From an uncultured Acidobacteriota bacterium (GTDB lineage Bacteria > Acidobacteriota > Thermoanaerobaculia > Multivoradales > UBA5704), in the NCBI GenBank assembly GCA_963770895.1, contig CAVYRF010000002.1, positions 3,872,001-3,936,000 on the forward strand: a stretch of 64,000 nt of DNA, read 5' to 3'. The translations under genes and the position numbers were made by a program. The first letter of the stretch is position 1, and each line of letters begins with the position of its first letter. Positions 8,270-64,000 of the stretch are shown here, piece by piece. A model generated the notes under the pieces. The model searched no databases. It had not been told where the DNA came from and was given only the letters and a program-made list of their open reading frames with translations.

Positions 8270-11200
8270 GTGAGCGCGCCCGCCGTCCCCGGCCGCCCCA
8301 GCCCTGCCGTGGGCGCTCCTCCCCTGCCGGAGCCCTGGCGCTCGACCCTGCACGAGGTCGTGGCGCGGGCCCTGCGGCGCGACGGCGCAGCGTTGGATCC
8401 GTCCCGACCCCTGATCGCACAGGGCCTCGATTCGCTGGCCGCGTGCGAGATCGCGAGCGGAGTCGAGGCGGCTTTCGGCACCCCGCTCGACATCGCCTGC
8501 CTGCTCGACGGGGCGAGCCTGGCGGATGTCGCCGCAGCCGTGGCGAGCGGCGCGGCGCGCCCTCACGCGGCGAGCGGCCCGCCGGTGCCGCCGGTGCCGG
8601 CGGCCACCTTCGGCCAACGCGCGATCTGGTTCCTGCAACGCCTGGAGCCCGCGGCCGCCGCCTACAACCTGGCGGCGGCGTTCCGCGTCCGCTCGCCGCT
8701 CGACACGGCGGCCTTCGAGCGCGCCTGGACCGCCCTCGCGGCGCGCCACGAGGCGCTGCGCGCCAGCTTCCCGGCGGGCGACGGCGGCGAACCGGTGCTC
8801 CAGGTGGCGGCGGCGCCCAGCGCGGCGGTGGTCTCGGTGGACGCCTCGCCGTGGAGCGCCGGCGAGCTCGCCGCCGCCCTGGCCGACGCCGCCCATCGCC
8901 CCTTCGACCTCGAGCGCGGGCCGCTGCTGCGCGCCGAGCTCTTCGCCGCTGGCGTCCACGGCGACGCCTGCCTGCTGATCGCCTTTCACCACATCGTCAC
9001 CGACTTGCCGTCGCTGCGGATCCTGGCGCGCGACCTCGCCCGCCTCTACGAGCGCGAGCTGGCGGCCGGCGCCGGCCGGCCGCAGTTGCCGCCTGCCGCG
9101 GGAGGTGGGCTGGCGCGCTACGCCGCCTGGGAGGAGCGGCAAGCCCGCGGTCCCGACTCAGCCGCCCACTGGCGCTACTGGAGCGAAGCCCTGGGCGGCG
9201 ATCCGCCCGACCTCGATCTGCCGGCCGACCACCCGCGCCCACCGCGCCGCCGGTTCGCCGGCGCCGCCTGCCGCGCGCGGCTCGACCCGGCGCTGGCCGG
9301 CAGCGTCGCGGCGCTCGCTCGGCAGAGCGGCACGACGCTCTTTGCCGCGCTCCTGGCCGGCTTCCAGGCCGTCCTCCACCGCCACTCCGGGCTCGACGAC
9401 GTGCTGGTCGGCACGCCCGTCTCCTGCCGCGCCGCCGCCGGCGCCGGGGAGACCGTGGGATACCTGGTCAACCCGCTCGTGCTGCGCGGCCGCTTCGTCG
9501 CCGCCCCGGCGTTCGCCGGCACGCTCGCCGCCGCCCAGGCGGCGCTCGCCGGCGCGCTGCGCCACCAGGGACTGCCGCTGCCGCTGCTCGTCGAGCGCCT
9601 GCGCGCCGGCCGCGATGCCGCGCGCTCGCCGCTCTTTCAGGCGCTCTTCGTGCTCCACCGCGCCGCCGCCGGGGAGGCCGCCGCTGACGAGGCGCTGCTG
9701 GCCGGCCTCGCTCTCGGCGTCGCCGGCGAGCGCTGGGACCTGGGTGGCACCAGCCTTGAGACGGCGCCGCTCGCCACCCGCTCCAGCCAGCTCGATCTGT
9801 CGCTGGCGGCGGCCGAGCGCCGCGGCGAGATTGTGCTGCGGCTGGTGTTCGACAGCGACCTGTTCGATGGCGCCACCGCCGAGCGCCTGCTCGGCCACTT
9901 CCGCACGCTGCTCGCGGCGGCGGCGGCCGACCCCGGCCGCCGGGTGGCGGAGCTGCCGCTCCTCAGCCCCGGTGAGCGGTCCCAGCTCGCAGCATGGAAC
10001 GCCACCGAGGCGCCGTTCCGGCGCGCGGCGTGCGTGCACGAGCTGTTCGCGCAGCAGGCGGAGCGGACCCCCGCCGCGGTGGCGCTCCTCTGGGAGGAGG
10101 AGAGGATCACCTACCGCGAGCTGGCGGCGCGCGCCGCCGCGACGGCCGCCGGCCTGCGGGCCCTGGGCGTCGGGCTCGAGTCGCGCGTCGGCCTGCTGCT
10201 CGGGCGCACGCCGGAGCTGGTGGCGAGCCTTCTCGGCGCGCTCGCCGCCGGTGCCGCCTTCGTGCCGCTCGACGACCGCCTGCCGGCTCGCCGCCTGGCC
10301 TGGCTGGCGCGCGACGCCGCGCTCGCCGCCCTGGTGGTCGATGCCGGCACCGCCGGCTTGCTCCCCGACGTCGCGGTGCCCCGCCTGGTCTGCGGCGGCG
10401 CCCCCGTGGCCGCCGCTGGCGCGCCGCGGCCACGGGCGGCGCCCGACAACATCGCCTACGTTCTCTATACCTCGGGCTCGACCGGATGGCCGAAGGGCGT
10501 CGAGGTGCAGCAGCGGGCGCTGGTCAACATCCTCGAGCACCTGATGCGCGACACGGCGCTGGGGCCCGGCGACGTGGTGCTCTCGTTCACCACGCCGAGC
10601 TTCGACATCGGCATCCTCGAGCTGTTGCTGCCGCTCGTCGCCGGCGCCCGGCTCGACCTGGCGCCGGTCGCCACCGGGCGCGATGGAGCGGCTTTCGCCG
10701 CGGCCCTGGCCGCGCACCGTCCGACGCTCACCCAGGCCACGCCGGCGAGCTGGTCGCTGCTGCTGGAGGACCCGCCGCCGCGCCGCGCGGAGCTGCGGGC
10801 CTTTTGCGGCGGCGAGGCGATGAGCGGCGCCCTGGCGGACGGCCTGCGCGCCCTGGCCGGCCGCGCCTGGAACATGTACGGCCCCACCGAGACCGCGGTG
10901 TACTCGGTGATCTTCGAGCTGGCCGCGGGCGAAGGCGCGCCGCCCATCGGCCGGCCGGTCGCCAACACCCGCTGTCACCTGCTGAGCGCCGCCGGGGAGG
11001 CGGTTCCCACCGGCGTACCGGGCGAGCTGCACATCGCCGGCGACGGGGTGGCGCGCGGCTACCTCGGGCGCCCCGAGCTGACCGCCGAGCGCTTCCTGCC
11101 CGATCCGTTCTCGCCCGTTCCCGGCGGCCGCCTCTACCGCACCGGCGACCTCGCCCGCCGCCGCGCCGACGGCACCATCGACTACCTGGGACGGATCGAC

Positions 11201-14200
11201 CGCCAGGTAAAGATTCGCGGTAACCGCGTCGAGCTCGGCGAGGTCGAGGAGCGGTTGCGCGATCACCCCGGCGTGCGCGCCGCGATCGTCGCGGCGCGGC
11301 CTGACGCGGTTGGGGAGCCGCGCCTGGTCGCCTACTACCTGGCCGCCGTGCCACCCCCCGCTCCTGACGACCTGGCGCGGTTCCTGCGCGAGCGGTTGCC
11401 GGAGCCCATGGTCCCCGCGGCCTTCGTGGCGCTCGCCGCCTTGCCGCTGCTGCCGAGCGGCAAGGTGGACCTGCGCGCCCTGCCCGATCCGGTGCTGGCC
11501 ACCGCCGCCGACGGCGCGGCGCGCTCGCCGCTCGAGGAGTGGGTGCTCGCCATCTGGGCCGGCGTGCTGGGCGTCGCCGGCCTCGGCCGGCACGACAACT
11601 TCTTCGCCGCCGGCGGCCACTCGCTCAAGGCGGCGCAGGTGATCGCCCGGGTGCGCAAGGTCTTCGGCGTCGAGCTGCCGCTGCGCGACCTGTTCGAGGC
11701 CCCTACGGCGGCGGCCTTCGCGCGCCGCGTCGCGGCGGCGCGCGGCGGCGGCGCCCCGCTGCCGACGCCGGCCGGCGCCGAGGGCGCGCTCGCCGCGGCG
11801 GCGGGCGGCGCGGCGGATGTCTCGGCCGCCCAGCGCCGCCTCTGGCTGCTCGACCGCCTGCACCCCGGCCAGGCCGCCTACAACATGCCGGCCGCGCTGC
11901 ACCTTGCCGGCGTCCTCGACGTCGCCGCGCTCGCCGCGGCGCTGGGTGAGATCGTCCGCCGCCACGAGGTGCTGCGCACCCGCTATCCCGCGGTGGCAGG
12001 GGAGCCGCGGGCGGTGATCGAGCCCGTGCCCGATGTCCTGCTCGGCGTGGTCGACCTCTCCGCCCTGCCGCAGCCGGCGGCCGTAGCACACGGTATCGCC
12101 CGCGCCGAGGCGTCGCGGCCCTGCGACCTCGCCGCCGGACCGGTGCTCCGCTGCCGCCTGCTGTGCCTGGCGGCGGACTGCCACCTGCTGCTTGTCGCGG
12201 TGCATCACATCGCCGCCGACGGCGCGTCGCTCGCGCTCTTCGTCGCCGAGCTCGACGCGCTCTACACGGCGCTTGCCGCCGGCGCCGCGCCGCCGCTGCC
12301 GCCGCTGCCGCTGCGCTATGCGGACTTCGCGGCGTGGGAGCGGCGCGTGCTGACCGATGAGCTGCGCGAGCGCCACCTCGGCTACTGGCGCTCGCGGCTC
12401 GCCGCGGCAGAGGCGCTCGAGCTTCCCGCCGACCACCCGCGCCGTGCGCTCCCCGGCTTCCGCGGCGTGCGCGTCTCGGCGCGCCTGGGCCGCGGCGAGA
12501 CGGCGCAGGCCCTGGCGCTCGCCCGCCGCGAAGGTCTGACGCCGTTCGTCGTCCTCGCCGCGGCGTTAGCCCTGCTGCTTCACCGCTCCACCGGCCAGCG
12601 GCTGGTGATCGTCGGCACACCGTTCGACGGCCGCGACCGGGTCGAGCTGGAACCGCTGATCGGCCTCTTCGCGCAGCTCCTGCCGCTGCCGCTCAGCCTC
12701 GACGAGGCGGCGCCGGGCGTGGACCTGCTGCGCGCGGTGCGCGACCAGGTTCTCGCCGCCTGGGAGCACCGCCGCGTGTCGTTCGAGGCGCTGGCGCAGG
12801 AGGGGCTGGCGCCGCTGCCGCAGGCGACGCTGACCTGGGAGCGCGCCGCCGCGGCGCACCGCATCGGGCCGCTCGCGGCGCGCCTCGAAGAGGTGGAGAA
12901 CGGCTCCGCCAAGTTCGACCTCAGCCTGTTCGCGCGCGAAACGGGCGGCCAGCTGGCGCTGACCCTGGTGGCGAACGCCGACCTCTTTCTGCGCCCCACC
13001 GCGGCGCGCCTGCTCGGCCACCTCCAGCACCTGCTCGCCGCGCTCCTCGCGCAGCCCGAGCGGCCGCTGGCCGACCTGCCGCTGCTGAGCGCCGCCGAGC
13101 GCTGGCAGCTCCTGGGGGAGTGGAACGACACCGCCGGTCCCGCCGCCGCGGCCTTCGGCACGGTGTGCGACGCCTTCGAGGCGCAGGCGGCGAGCGCGCC
13201 GCACGCCGTGGCCGTCGCCCTCGACGCGGAGGTCCTGACCTACGGCGAGCTCGATCGCCGCGCCGGCCGGCTGGCGCGCCGCCTGCGCCGGCTCGGCGTC
13301 GCGCCGGAGACGCTCGTGGCCCTGCTGCTGCCGCGGTCGAGCGCACTGGTCCTGGCGGCCGTCGCGGTGCTCAAGGCGGGCGGCGCCTACCTGCCGCTCG
13401 ATCCGGAGCACCCGGCGGAGCGCGCCGCCGCCATGCTGGCGGACTCCGGCGCCCGCGTGCTGGTGACGGCGGCGGAAGCGGCCGCGGACCTTGCCTTTGC
13501 CGGCACCCGTCTGGACCTCGACCGCGTCCTCGCCGCCGCCGACGACGACGCCCCTGTCGAGGGCGCCGCGGCGCCCCGCCCCTCGCTCACCGCCGACAAC
13601 CTTGCCTACGTCGTCTACACCTCGGGCTCGACCGGGCGTCCCAAGGGGGTTGCGCTGTCTCAGGGCGGCCTCGCCAACCTGGTCGGCTGGCACCTCCGCG
13701 CCTACGGTGTCGAGCGCGCCGACCGCGCCACCCTGGTGGCGTCGCCGGCGTTCGACGCCTCGGTCTGGGAGATGTGGCCCTGCCTCTGCGCCGGGGCGAG
13801 CCTGGCCCCGCTGCCGGCCGCGCGTCTGGCGCCGCCCGCGGCGCTCGCCGCCGCGTTGGAGCGCCTGGCGGTGACGATCGCGTTTCTGCCCACGCCGCTC
13901 GCCGAGGCGCTGCTCGGCGAGCGAGGCACGGCGCTGCCGCCGTCGCTGCGCCTCCTGCTCACCGGCGGCGACCGCCTGCAACGCGCCTATGCCGCGGGTG
14001 CGACGCGCCTGGTGAACCACTACGGGCCGACCGAGGCGACCGTGGTGGCGACCGCGGCGCCGGTGGCCGCCGGCCGCCGCGGCGCCGCGCCGCCGCCGAT
14101 CGGGCGCCCGATCGAAAACCTTGCCGTCCACGTCCTCGACGGTCGCCTGCGGCCGGTCCCCATCGGCGTCGCGGGAGAGCTCCATGTCGCCGGCCGCGGC

Positions 14201-14974
14201 CTGGCGCGCGGCTACCTGCACCAGCCGGCGGCCACCGCCGACCGCTTCCGGCCGTCGCCGTTCGCCGCCGCCCCGGGCGAGCGCCTCTATCGCACCGGCG
14301 ACCGCGCGCGCCTGCTGGCGGACGGCAGCCTGGAGTTCCAGGGGCGCGCCGACCGCCAGGTGAAGATCCGCGGCGTGCGCATCGAGCCGGCGGAGATCGA
14401 AAGCCTGCTGCTCGCCCAGCCGGGGGTGCGCCAGGCCGTGGTTGCGGTGGCGGTGGACGCGCATCTCGGGCCGTTCCTCTGCGCCTACGTCGTGGCGCGC
14501 CACGCCGCCGCGCCGCCGGCCGCGGCCGAGCTGCGCACCGCCCTCCAGGCGGCGCTGCCCGCCGCCATGGTGCCCGCCGCCTTCGTGCTGCTGCCGGCGC
14601 TGCCGGTGAACGCCAACGGCAAGATCGACCTCGCGGCGTTGCCGGTGCCCGACCGCGCCGGCGACGGCGCGGCGTGCGACGACGGCACGCCGCCCGGCTC
14701 GGCGCTCGAAGAGATCCTGGCGGCGATCTGGTGCGAGCTGCTGGGGCGTCCCCAGGTCGGCATCCACGCCGATTTCTTCGCCCTGGGCGGCAACTCGCTA
14801 CAGACCGCCCGGCTGCAGGCGCGCATCCAGGAGGAGCTCGGCGTCGAGCTGCCGCTCGCCACGATCCTGCGCCGGACGACGATCGCACAGCTTGCCGAGG
14901 CGCTGGCCGAGCGGCTCGCCGCGAGCCTCGACGAGGAGACGTTGCAAAACCTTTTCAACCTCACCGGTCCGTGA
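8270..14974 (+). CDS. NRPS 1: T(ACP-like)-C-A(Gly-like)-T-C-A(Leu)-T
   Basis: Carrier motifs GLDSL, GGHSL, GGNSL; C motifs HHIVTD and HHIAADG; A-core YTSGSTG and YRTGD. Codes read by eye as about DILQFGMVYK and DAWFLGHVVK. Start codon uncertain (GTG 8270 chosen; ORF open from 8075). Confidence 0.9.
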   Translation: MSAPAVPGRPSPAVGAPPLPEPWRSTLHEVVARALRRDGAALDPSRPLIAQGLDSLAACEIASGVEAAFGTPLDIACLLDGASLADVAAAVASGAARPHAASGPPVPPVPAATFGQRAIWFLQRLEPAAAAYNLAAAFRVRSPLDTAAFERAWTALAARHEALRASFPAGDGGEPVLQVAAAPSAAVVSVDASPWSAGELAAALADAAHRPFDLERGPLLRAELFAAGVHGDACLLIAFHHIVTDLPSLRILARDLARLYERELAAGAGRPQLPPAAGGGLARYAAWEERQARGPDSAAHWRYWSEALGGDPPDLDLPADHPRPPRRRFAGAACRARLDPALAGSVAALARQSGTTLFAALLAGFQAVLHRHSGLDDVLVGTPVSCRAAAGAGETVGYLVNPLVLRGRFVAAPAFAGTLAAAQAALAGALRHQGLPLPLLVERLRAGRDAARSPLFQALFVLHRAAAGEAAADEALLAGLALGVAGERWDLGGTSLETAPLATRSSQLDLSLAAAERRGEIVLRLVFDSDLFDGATAERLLGHFRTLLAAAAADPGRRVAELPLLSPGERSQLAAWNATEAPFRRAACVHELFAQQAERTPAAVALLWEEERITYRELAARAAATAAGLRALGVGLESRVGLLLGRTPELVASLLGALAAGAAFVPLDDRLPARRLAWLARDAALAALVVDAGTAGLLPDVAVPRLVCGGAPVAAAGAPRPRAAPDNIAYVLYTSGSTGWPKGVEVQQRALVNILEHLMRDTALGPGDVVLSFTTPSFDIGILELLLPLVAGARLDLAPVATGRDGAAFAAALAAHRPTLTQATPASWSLLLEDPPPRRAELRAFCGGEAMSGALADGLRALAGRAWNMYGPTETAVYSVIFELAAGEGAPPIGRPVANTRCHLLSAAGEAVPTGVPGELHIAGDGVARGYLGRPELTAERFLPDPFSPVPGGRLYRTGDLARRRADGTIDYLGRIDRQVKIRGNRVELGEVEERLRDHPGVRAAIVAARPDAVGEPRLVAYYLAAVPPPAPDDLARFLRERLPEPMVPAAFVALAALPLLPSGKVDLRALPDPVLATAADGAARSPLEEWVLAIWAGVLGVAGLGRHDNFFAAGGHSLKAAQVIARVRKVFGVELPLRDLFEAPTAAAFARRVAAARGGGAPLPTPAGAEGALAAAAGGAADVSAAQRRLWLLDRLHPGQAAYNMPAALHLAGVLDVAALAAALGEIVRRHEVLRTRYPAVAGEPRAVIEPVPDVLLGVVDLSALPQPAAVAHGIARAEASRPCDLAAGPVLRCRLLCLAADCHLLLVAVHHIAADGASLALFVAELDALYTALAAGAAPPLPPLPLRYADFAAWERRVLTDELRERHLGYWRSRLAAAEALELPADHPRRALPGFRGVRVSARLGRGETAQALALARREGLTPFVVLAAALALLLHRSTGQRLVIVGTPFDGRDRVELEPLIGLFAQLLPLPLSLDEAAPGVDLLRAVRDQVLAAWEHRRVSFEALAQEGLAPLPQATLTWERAAAAHRIGPLAARLEEVENGSAKFDLSLFARETGGQLALTLVANADLFLRPTAARLLGHLQHLLAALLAQPERPLADLPLLSAAERWQLLGEWNDTAGPAAAAFGTVCDAFEAQAASAPHAVAVALDAEVLTYGELDRRAGRLARRLRRLGVAPETLVALLLPRSSALVLAAVAVLKAGGAYLPLDPEHPAERAAAMLADSGARVLVTAAEAAADLAFAGTRLDLDRVLAAADDDAPVEGAAAPRPSLTADNLAYVVYTSGSTGRPKGVALSQGGLANLVGWHLRAYGVERADRATLVASPAFDASVWEMWPCLCAGASLAPLPAARLAPPAALAAALERLAVTIAFLPTPLAEALLGERGTALPPSLRLLLTGGDRLQRAYAAGATRLVNHYGPTEATVVATAAPVAAGRRGAAPPPIGRPIENLAVHVLDGRLRPVPIGVAGELHVAGRGLARGYLHQPAATADRFRPSPFAAAPGERLYRTGDRARLLADGSLEFQGRADRQVKIRGVRIEPAEIESLLLAQPGVRQAVVAVAVDAHLGPFLCAYVVARHAAAPPAAAELRTALQAALPAAMVPAAFVLLPALPVNANGKIDLAALPVPDRAGDGAACDDGTPPGSALEEILAAIWCELLGRPQVGIHADFFALGGNSLQTARLQARIQEELGVELPLATILRRTTIAQLAEALAERLAASLDEETLQNLFNLTGP

Positions 14975-15005
14975 TCGTTCGCGGCCCGGTGCGGAAGGAG
15001 CAGAC

Positions 15006-15929
15006 ATGGATATGAAGAGATCGCTCACCACGTGTGGGAAGCTGTGCGGCATCCTGGTACTGGCCAGCCTGGCGCTGGCGAACGCCGCCTGCGCGGCGAC
15101 CCCAGATGCCGGCCTGGCCGGCATCTGGCAGGGCGCGATCATTTTTCAGCGAGGAATGATCGAAGGCGACATGGTGGTCAAGCTGTCGGCCGGCGGCGAC
15201 GGCAAGCTCGACGGTCTCTGCTCGCTGCCCGTCCTGGGCGTCAAGGATCACCCGATCACCGACGTCAAGACCAACGGCAAGCAGCTGTCCTTCGTCTACA
15301 CGGACAATACGGGAAGCTCTGTCGTGAACGTCTCCCTGGCGGCGGACGGGCAGCGCCTCGACGGCGAAATGGTGGAGAAGGACAAGCACTATCCGGTTTC
15401 TCTCAAGCGCACGACGGCCAAGGAGATGGCGCCGAGCGGCACGCTCCAGGTGCTGTCCAAGGATGCGCACGAGCTGCACCAGCGGTTCGATCAGGACGCC
15501 GGCAAGGTGCGCCTGGTGATCTTCGTGTCGCCGACCTGTCACAACTGCGTGCGGATGGTGCGGATGGTGCAGCGCTACCTGCTCGAAGCGGTGAGCGATC
15601 CGCGGCTGGCGGTCTACGTCGTCTGGGGGCCGATGCTGGACGGCGACTCGGCGGAGGCGGCGCGGCAGGCCATGGTGCACCTGACCGACCCCCGCGGCGT
15701 GCACTTCTGGGCGCCGAGCGCCGACCTGGCGCAGGAGTTCAGCCAGCCGCTGCACAGCGAGCGGCCGGCCTGGGACGTGGTCTTCTTCTTCGCGCCGGGA
15801 GCGCAGTGGAGCGATCCGCCGCGCCCCGCGGACTACGTCCACACCTTGGGCAAGCAGCTGCCGCTCGATCACCAGTTCGACGCCACCCAGCTGCAGGGCA
15901 AGTTCGAGAAGCTGGCGGCGGGCAAGTAG
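15006..15929 (+). CDS. Exported protein, 307 aa, with N-terminal beta domain and C-terminal thioredoxin-fold CxxC domain
   Basis: AAGGAG RBS; signal peptide 'MKRSLTTCGKLCGILVLASLALANAACAA'; 'VRLVIFVSPTCHNCVRMV' followed by 'AVYVVW' and 'PAWDVVFFF'. Confidence 0.75.
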   Translation: MDMKRSLTTCGKLCGILVLASLALANAACAATPDAGLAGIWQGAIIFQRGMIEGDMVVKLSAGGDGKLDGLCSLPVLGVKDHPITDVKTNGKQLSFVYTDNTGSSVVNVSLAADGQRLDGEMVEKDKHYPVSLKRTTAKEMAPSGTLQVLSKDAHELHQRFDQDAGKVRLVIFVSPTCHNCVRMVRMVQRYLLEAVSDPRLAVYVVWGPMLDGDSAEAARQAMVHLTDPRGVHFWAPSADLAQEFSQPLHSERPAWDVVFFFAPGAQWSDPPRPADYVHTLGKQLPLDHQFDATQLQGKFEKLAAGK

Positions 15930-15957
15930 CGGCGTAGCGGCGCGGGCAAGGGCGCTC

Positions 15958-51023
<35,066 letters not shown>

Positions 51024-51049
51024 CGCGTGACCACTGGGGGGAGCCGAGC

Positions 51050-63840
<12,791 letters not shown>

Positions 63841-63844
<4 letters not shown>

Positions 63845-64000
63845 GCCGCGACGAGACGCCGTCCCACGCCAACGCGGTGGCCGTCGTCGGCATGGCCGGG
63901 CGGTTCCCCGGCGCCGCGAGCGTCGCCGAGCTCTGGCGCAACCTGTGCGCCGGGGTCGAATCGATCAGCGTGTTCGGCGCCGAGGAGATGGCCGCGTGCG
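63841..64000 (+). CDS. Start of the next type I PKS gene (KS N-terminus), truncated by the window edge
   Basis: The ATG overlaps the upstream TGA (ATGA); translation MSRDETPSHANAVAVVGMAGRFPGAASVAELWRNLCAGVESIS is a typical KS start. Not in the ORF track. Confidence 0.9.

Overview
Very GC-rich bacterial DNA, probably Acidobacteriota (inferred from an orphan duplicated ADOP-type permease). About 56 kb (8.3-64 kb) is the 5' part of a giant + strand NRPS / hybrid PKS-NRPS assembly line. It has four complete megasynthetase genes plus the start of a fifth (a KS), 14 NRPS modules and 1 PKS module, and no thioesterase inside the window. My by-eye A-domain reading of the product is acyl?-Gly-Leu-Ala-Asp-Ala-X-(aminoadipate-like)-malonyl-Cys(cyclised, methylated)-Cys-like(methylated)-D-Gln-Gln-Ser-Thr-Gly-[PKS...]. 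Unusual parts are a fungal Lys2-like A domain, a Cy-A-MT module, a dead KR, an interface-type pseudo-C domain, a loading carrier with no ligase, and an exported CxxC thioredoxin-fold gene between NRPS genes. The first 8 kb hold an Ig/LVIVD surface protein split by an in-frame TAG, a translationally coupled Tat-exported vanadium haloperoxidase, three tandem Cys-rich RiPP-like precursor peptides, and a divergently transcribed permease. The three precursors share an LxLxRETL...GG/AG leader, have no maturase in the window, and one is missing from the ORF track. Domain boundaries and specificity codes were read by eye and are approximate.
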